Shown: in pieces, positions 59,201-64,000 of the stretch
Layout: every line of letters begins with the position of its first letter
Position numbering within the stretch: the first letter of the stretch is position 1
Source: Caecitellus pseudoparvulus
Lineage: Eukaryota > Protista > Bigyra: Bicosoecida
NCBI GenBank assembly: GCA_965644315.1
Contig: CBFFRQ010000179.1
Span: 1 to 64,000 of the forward strand
Direction of reading: 5' to 3'
DNA length: 64,000 nucleotides
Notes under the pieces: generated by a model
What the model saw: the letters and a program-made list of their open reading frames with translations, nothing else
Databases searched by the model: none
What the model was told of the DNA's origin: nothing
Program-made: the position numbers and the translations under genes

Positions 59201-62069
59201 GGAAGCTCAGGGTGGAGAAAGTGAGGGAGGTGACACCCCCCCTCCTGCTCTGGTGTGGGGGGGGCTGTGCCTGGCCACACCAGGCGCCGGTGATGCGCCC
59301 CGTGCAACATCCCTCACCGCCTCGCAACTGGCCACAACTGCGGCTTTTGCTGCGCCAGACGCAGCTTGGGCGTGGCACGTGCTGGCTCCCGGTGCCCTGC
59401 CGACGGCCGCCTTGGCTGGGCTGTGGGCTGGGCCAGGCAAGGGTGTGGAGCCGGCACAGGTGACAGGCGCGCCGGGGTGGGGCAGCGGCAGTGCGCACCG
59501 CTTCGCCCTCCTGCGGTGTGTGGAGGACGAGGAGGGGGGCGAGGGGGCGGCGCAGTTGGCGCCCGCGTCCCCTGCCGCGCCAGATGGCGACACGGCCCCA
59601 CCCCCTCATGGCATGGTGTGGGAGGAGGTGAGCCTGGGCCAAGGCTGCCGCCGAGCTGTGAGTGGGCTCACGCCCTCACGCTCGTACGTGTACGCGGTGC
59701 AGGCGCTGAACGGGGGTGGCGTGGCGTCGGCGCTGTCTGGCTCCTGTTGGCTCGTGGCGCCCCTGCCCCCGCCGCCCCTGCCCACTGTCACGCTGGCCCC
59801 TGCGCGCAGCAGTGCAGGGCAGGCTGGCGCGGCAGCAGTGAGCCTCGCGTGGCGACCTGTGCGACCGCCCAGTGCCGCAGGAGCGGTGGCGACGGGGGGT
59901 GCGCGGGAGGGGGGTGCAGGGGGGGGGTCTGGACCTGGGGCCGCCTCGGCTGACTCGCTGGGCATGAGTGTGTCTGGCGACGGTTTTGAAGGGTGTGGAG
60001 GGGGCGACGGCCGCACCTCCACCGTGACCTTAGATCGCCTCTCGCGACCCGGTGCAGACGTCGGGAAAGCCACCGACGCACTGGGCCGTGTGGCTGCCTG
60101 GGCTGGGGCGGCGGCAGCGCAGGCTGGAGCTGCCGCAGGGGCCAGTCTGCAGGGGCTATGGGCGGCATTTGGCGGGGCACGGGAGGGGCCCCTGCCTGCT
60201 CAGGCCGTGCGCTACCTTCTATCATATGTTGGCGCTCGCCATGTGACCCGTGGTGAAGCGGGCTGGGCGGGGTTCCTGGCCGCCATGGGCCTGGGGCAGG
60301 GGACTGAAGAGGAGGAGGAGGAGGATGGGGGGGGAGATGGTGGCCTGGTGCCGTACACTGCCTTCCAGCAGTGGTGGTACGGTGGGGGCGGCCCGCGTGC
60401 CACCTACCTCCTGCAGCGCAGTGCTGGCATCACCTCTGGGCACATCTCCCTGGGCACACGCAGCTCTGGGCCAGGCACTGCCCCTGGCACGGCAGAGTAC
60501 ATCAGCACTGTGATGGCCGCCGCTGCCGCGCTGGGCGCCGGCGGTGACGCCAAGGGAGTGAACGCCGCCACTGCCCGTCAACGCCTGGCCCTGGCAGCTG
60601 CGCGGCGGCGGTCGTTGCATGCCGTGTTGGGGGGGGGTGGCGACGGCGCGAGTCTGCAGCAGCTAGAGGGGCAGGGCGACCCGAGGCGCCTGGCGGCAGT
60701 GGCGTCGCACTGGGAGGATCCCTACAGCGGCCTGGTCATGGCAGAGGCTGTGCACACTGGGGGCGGCGTGCGGTGTGTGGATGAGGGCACGCTGCCCAAC
60801 TCCCTGTACTTCTACCGCCTGACGTCTGTGGCGGGCCCCGCCGCGTCGGATGCCAGTGCCCCCGTGCCTGTGTACACGCCGCCGCTGCCGCCGTTCGCCT
60901 CTGTGCTGGTGGATGTGGGCCCCCGCTGGGCACGCCTGCGGTGGCATGCCGCCCAGTTCGGCAGTGCCAAGTATGTGGTGGAGGCAGCACTGCTGGAGGT
61001 GCTGCCTGCGCCAGGCATGCTGCGCAAGTATGCCGGGACAGGCGTGGCTGTGCAGGGCACGGTGTACGGCGGGGGGGCGGGCACGCCTGATGCAAACTTG
61101 CAGTGGGTGGTGGCAGCCTCCACCTCCTCGAACTTCGCTGTGGTGTCGGGGCTGTCGCCCAACTCCGTCTACCGTCTGCGTGTGCGCGGCATGAACGCAG
61201 GTGGCGTCCTGTCTGCGCCCAGCATGAACACGGAAGTCATCACACAGGACAACGCCGACTTCATGCCCCACACGCCGCGCAACGCACCCCTGCGTTTTTC
61301 AGTGGAAGTGCCACTTGCCCGCCTCGTAGGGGAGTCTCCCCAAGACACGCTGTTGCTGGCCGACATCGTGGTGGGCGACTCCATCTCCTGGAGCGAAGTC
61401 GTGTTTGACGACGGGTCCGTTGTGGTGGCGGCATCGCCAGAGGCTGCCGAGGCGGCACGGCACGATGGCTTGCCGGTGCTCCCCGCTCCCACCCTCACAT
61501 CCAGCACACGCAGTGGCACTGGGCGTCTGTCGGCCAGCTGGGGCCGCAGTCGACCGCAGCCCGTGGCTTTGCGGCAGGCAGCGGCAGTGGTGGTGGGCAG
61601 CGCGCTGGATGCTGAGGCTGCGGCGAGCAATGTCGCAGCCCGCCACACTGCCACGGGTGAGGGGTTGGGGGCTGTGGGCGCGCTGGGCGCCGTGCTGTCC
61701 ACGCGCACACTGTCTCTGGAGGTGCTGTGGTGCACGGTGTCTGGGCAGCGGCAAAGCGACGGCATTGCCTGGCGGCCTGGCTTCCTCGTCACGCGACCCT
61801 TCCGGTCGCTGAACGATGCACTGGTGCGCCGGCACGCCACCATCCTGCGAGAGCCGTGGGAGGACGAGGAGGGCCGCTGGACCCTCATGGAAGAGTTGGC
61901 TGAGGCATACCCTCACCTCATGCCGCTGCCTGATGATGCCGACGGCGGCAGTGTCCGTGAAGCTTCGGATCAAGGGGAGGAGGGCAAGGCGTCTGAAGGA
62001 GAGGGTGGCGACGCGTACGATGACGGCGACTTCGAAGGGCAAGGCAGCGGCAGTGCGGAGGACGCCTGA
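56279..62069 (+). CDS. ~1900-aa protein with N-terminal F..W...K charged helices, a PriCT-2-like motif and about four FN3 domains; intron 56474-56561
   Basis: GLYPGTVYHFRIRAYNEFG.S, GLTPSRSYVYAVQALN.GG.S, LPNSLYFYRL, GLSPNSVYRLRVRGMN.GG. Confidence 0.8.
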
Positions 62070-62109
62070 GCAATGCATGCATTCCGCTGTGCCGTGAGCT
62101 GCTGCTGGG

Positions 62110-64000
62110 TCAGTCCGACGCCATGGGCCCCAGTGCGTAGTTCCGCACGCGTGTGCCACCGATACGCACAGTGTGCTGTGATTCTCGCACTGGCACGTGG
62201 GGAGCAGGGGGCGGCACACTCGCCACTACAGGTCGCCTTGACCTGCGTGGCAGGCTGGAGCGGTGTCCTGTCGTCTTGCGTGGCTTGTGCGTGGCAGGCG
62301 CGGGGTGCCCCACAATGCCCTCGGCTACGTCCACACCAACTGTGGACGCGAGGCCAGCGCCGCGAGGAGATGGCACGGCAGAAGTGGAAGGCGGGGGGCT
62401 GGGCAGCTGAGGTGGTGCAGTGTGTGTCTCCCGTTGGCGGGGTTGGCGTCTGGCCGGCACCGCCTCAGGCAGGGCTGGCTCCTGCTCCCGGCCAGCGAAA
62501 CGGGACTTCCAGGCGGCCAGCTCCGCCTGGAGCCGTGCGTTGTGCGCTGTGACAGTGGACAGCACGCCCTCCACCGCGCTGAGACGGTCCTCTGTCGCCG
62601 CAGAGCTGCTGCCCAAGCTGTCAGGCGAGGCGGACCAGTGTCTAGCCTCGGGCTGGGCGGCAGGGCGAGGAGGCAGAGACGCACCTGGGCGCATGAGGCG
62701 GTGCAACTCTGCTCGTAGCTGGTTGGACAGTTCCAGCAGCTTGCTGCGCTCAGCGGCCAGCCGAGCCATGTCCGCGTTTGCAGAGGCCAGTGCTGAGCGC
62801 AGGGAGCCACTCTCGGCAGGGGGTGTGGCGGGCACCTGGCGCTGGGCTGACGCCTGCGCCTCTGCGAGTTCTTCCCGCAGCTGCGCCGTCGTGCTGGTGA
62901 GGGCGGCCACCTGGTCGCGCAGGGAGTGCAGCTCTGCAGCGGTGTCAGAGGTGGAGGTGGACGTGGAGGCGGCGTCCTCCGCTGCCGTCAGCTGCTCCAT
63001 CTCGCTGCGCATATCGGCGATAACCGCCTGAAACGCGGCTGTCTGCCCCTCCAGCTCATCGCAGCGTTGTCGCAGTGCCTGAGCTTCGGCCTCGGCCTCC
63101 GCACGCGATGCGGCAGCGTTCTGCACCAGTGCTTCGGCGCGTGCTTGGGACGCCTCCGCCACAGCCAGGGCAGAGGCCAGGTCTTCCTTGGCGGCGGCGT
63201 CACTTGCAGGCGCCAAGGTGCTAGTTTGCGCGTCGGGTTTGCCCGGTGACAAGGTGGGGAAAGGGGGCAGCGGACTCACCGGTCCCAGATCCTCACTCCA
63301 CGCTGGTGAGGCATGTTGCTGGCTGGACGCTGGGCCGGCGTGTGCCTGTGGCGACTGCAGGGGTGGCGCCACCTCGTCTGGGGGTGTAGGCGCCTTGGTT
63401 TCCTCTGGTATGCACGCCTTGGCCTCGGCCACTCGTGCTGGGGCCGCAGGGCGGGCCTCCAACTGCCCTCGCAGAACGGCCACTTCGCGCGCCGCCGCCG
63501 CAGCCGCCGCCTCTGCCTCCGCCGCAGCAGCATTGGCTTCGTCCCTTGCACGTGTGAGGGAAGCAATGACCTCCTCGGATGCGGCGTTGGCTGAGAGAGC
63601 TGCCTGCTGCACCGCATCACGCCAACGCGCCTCCTGCTCACTCGCCGCAGCCGATGCAGACGCCAACTGTTCCCGCAGCGCACGCTGACCTGCCTGTGCC
63701 TGGCTCGCCTCGCTCTGCAGACGGGCCAGGGCGCCTTTGGCTTCGCCTAGCTCCGAACTCAAGCTAGCCACTTGCTTGCCCAGCTCCACAGCACGCTCCA
63801 CTGCCGCCGCCTCAGCTTCGCCTGCTGCTGACACTTCCGCGGCGGCTGACGCGACCTGCCCTTGCAGCGCAGCCAAGGCGCGATCATGGGCGCGACCCGT
63901 GTCACGTGCCTTGGCTTGTAGGGCATCAATTGTGCGCCGGGCCTCGTGCAGCTGAGTGGCCAGCTGCTCGGCACGGGCAGACGCTTGACTCGCGGCCTTT
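62110..64000 (-). CDS. CCDC57-like coiled-coil protein, 5'-truncated
   Basis: Long heptad coiled coil; ER.KL.ELSN.LRAEL and C-terminal RVRNY resemble remembered CCDC57 motifs; frame runs to the window end. Confidence 0.65.
   Translation of the reverse strand, partial: KAASQASARAEQLATQLHEARRTIDALQAKARDTGRAHDRALAALQGQVASAAAEVSAAGEAEAAAVERAVELGKQVASLSSELGEAKGALARLQSEASQAQAGQRALREQLASASAAASEQEARWRDAVQQAALSANAASEEVIASLTRARDEANAAAAEAEAAAAAAAREVAVLRGQLEARPAAPARVAEAKACIPEETKAPTPPDEVAPPLQSPQAHAGPASSQQHASPAWSEDLGPVSPLPPFPTLSPGKPDAQTSTLAPASDAAAKEDLASALAVAEASQARAEALVQNAAASRAEAEAEAQALRQRCDELEGQTAAFQAVIADMRSEMEQLTAAEDAASTSTSTSDTAAELHSLRDQVAALTSTTAQLREELAEAQASAQRQVPATPPAESGSLRSALASANADMARLAAERSKLLELSNQLRAELHRLMRPGASLPPRPAAQPEARHWSASPDSLGSSSAATEDRLSAVEGVLSTVTAHNARLQAELAAWKSRFAGREQEPALPEAVPARRQPRQRETHTAPPQLPSPPPSTSAVPSPRGAGLASTVGVDVAEGIVGHPAPATHKPRKTTGHRSSLPRRSRRPVVASVPPPAPHVPVRESQHTVRIGGTRVRNYALGPMASD

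Noticed and set aside
39141-64000. Cilia-related genes as a functional cluster
   Set aside because: They are interspersed with unrelated housekeeping genes, and two of the calls are tentative

Overview
GC-rich, gene-dense eukaryotic nuclear DNA with short GT-AG introns (donors mostly GTGCGT/GTGAG). A tubular-mastigoneme-type gene and the stramenopile-like H3 (FQGSAVL...GERS) point to a heterotrophic stramenopile; a Cafeteria-like bicosoecid is an inference. About 28 protein-coding genes are present: an intronless core-histone quartet (H3/H4 and H2A/H2B divergent pairs), RPB6, an AidB-type acyl-CoA dehydrogenase, a membrane-anchored JmjC protein, a kinesin-14, three tandem Ser/Thr kinases plus a fourth kinase, a Mut-7/EXD3 exonuclease, HTATSF1, TM2, WDR55, YIP1, a mastigoneme protein, a BBS12-like chaperonin, an ankyrin protein, RBM34/NOP12, eIF2D, a large FN3 protein and a CCDC57-like protein. 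Main observations: (1) all four histone genes carry the same divergent 3' stem-loop GGUGUU-[A/C]CUC-AACACC-ACC; (2) the Mut-7/EXD3 protein has a YbaK/ProX tRNA-deacylase domain between its two nuclease domains, and its stop codon directly abuts that of a convergent gene; (3) the kinesin-14 has an intron-split CBM20-like N-terminus that the ORF track does not show as one piece; (4) the kinase paralogs are mosaics with near-identical C-lobe tracts and divergent N-lobes; (5) the 12-mer TGCGGAAATTGC recurs near gene 5' ends; (6) a PriCT-2-like motif sits inside the FN3 protein. No rRNA, tRNA, CRISPR or mobile element was recognised. Gene models and domain calls were made by eye, without database searches.
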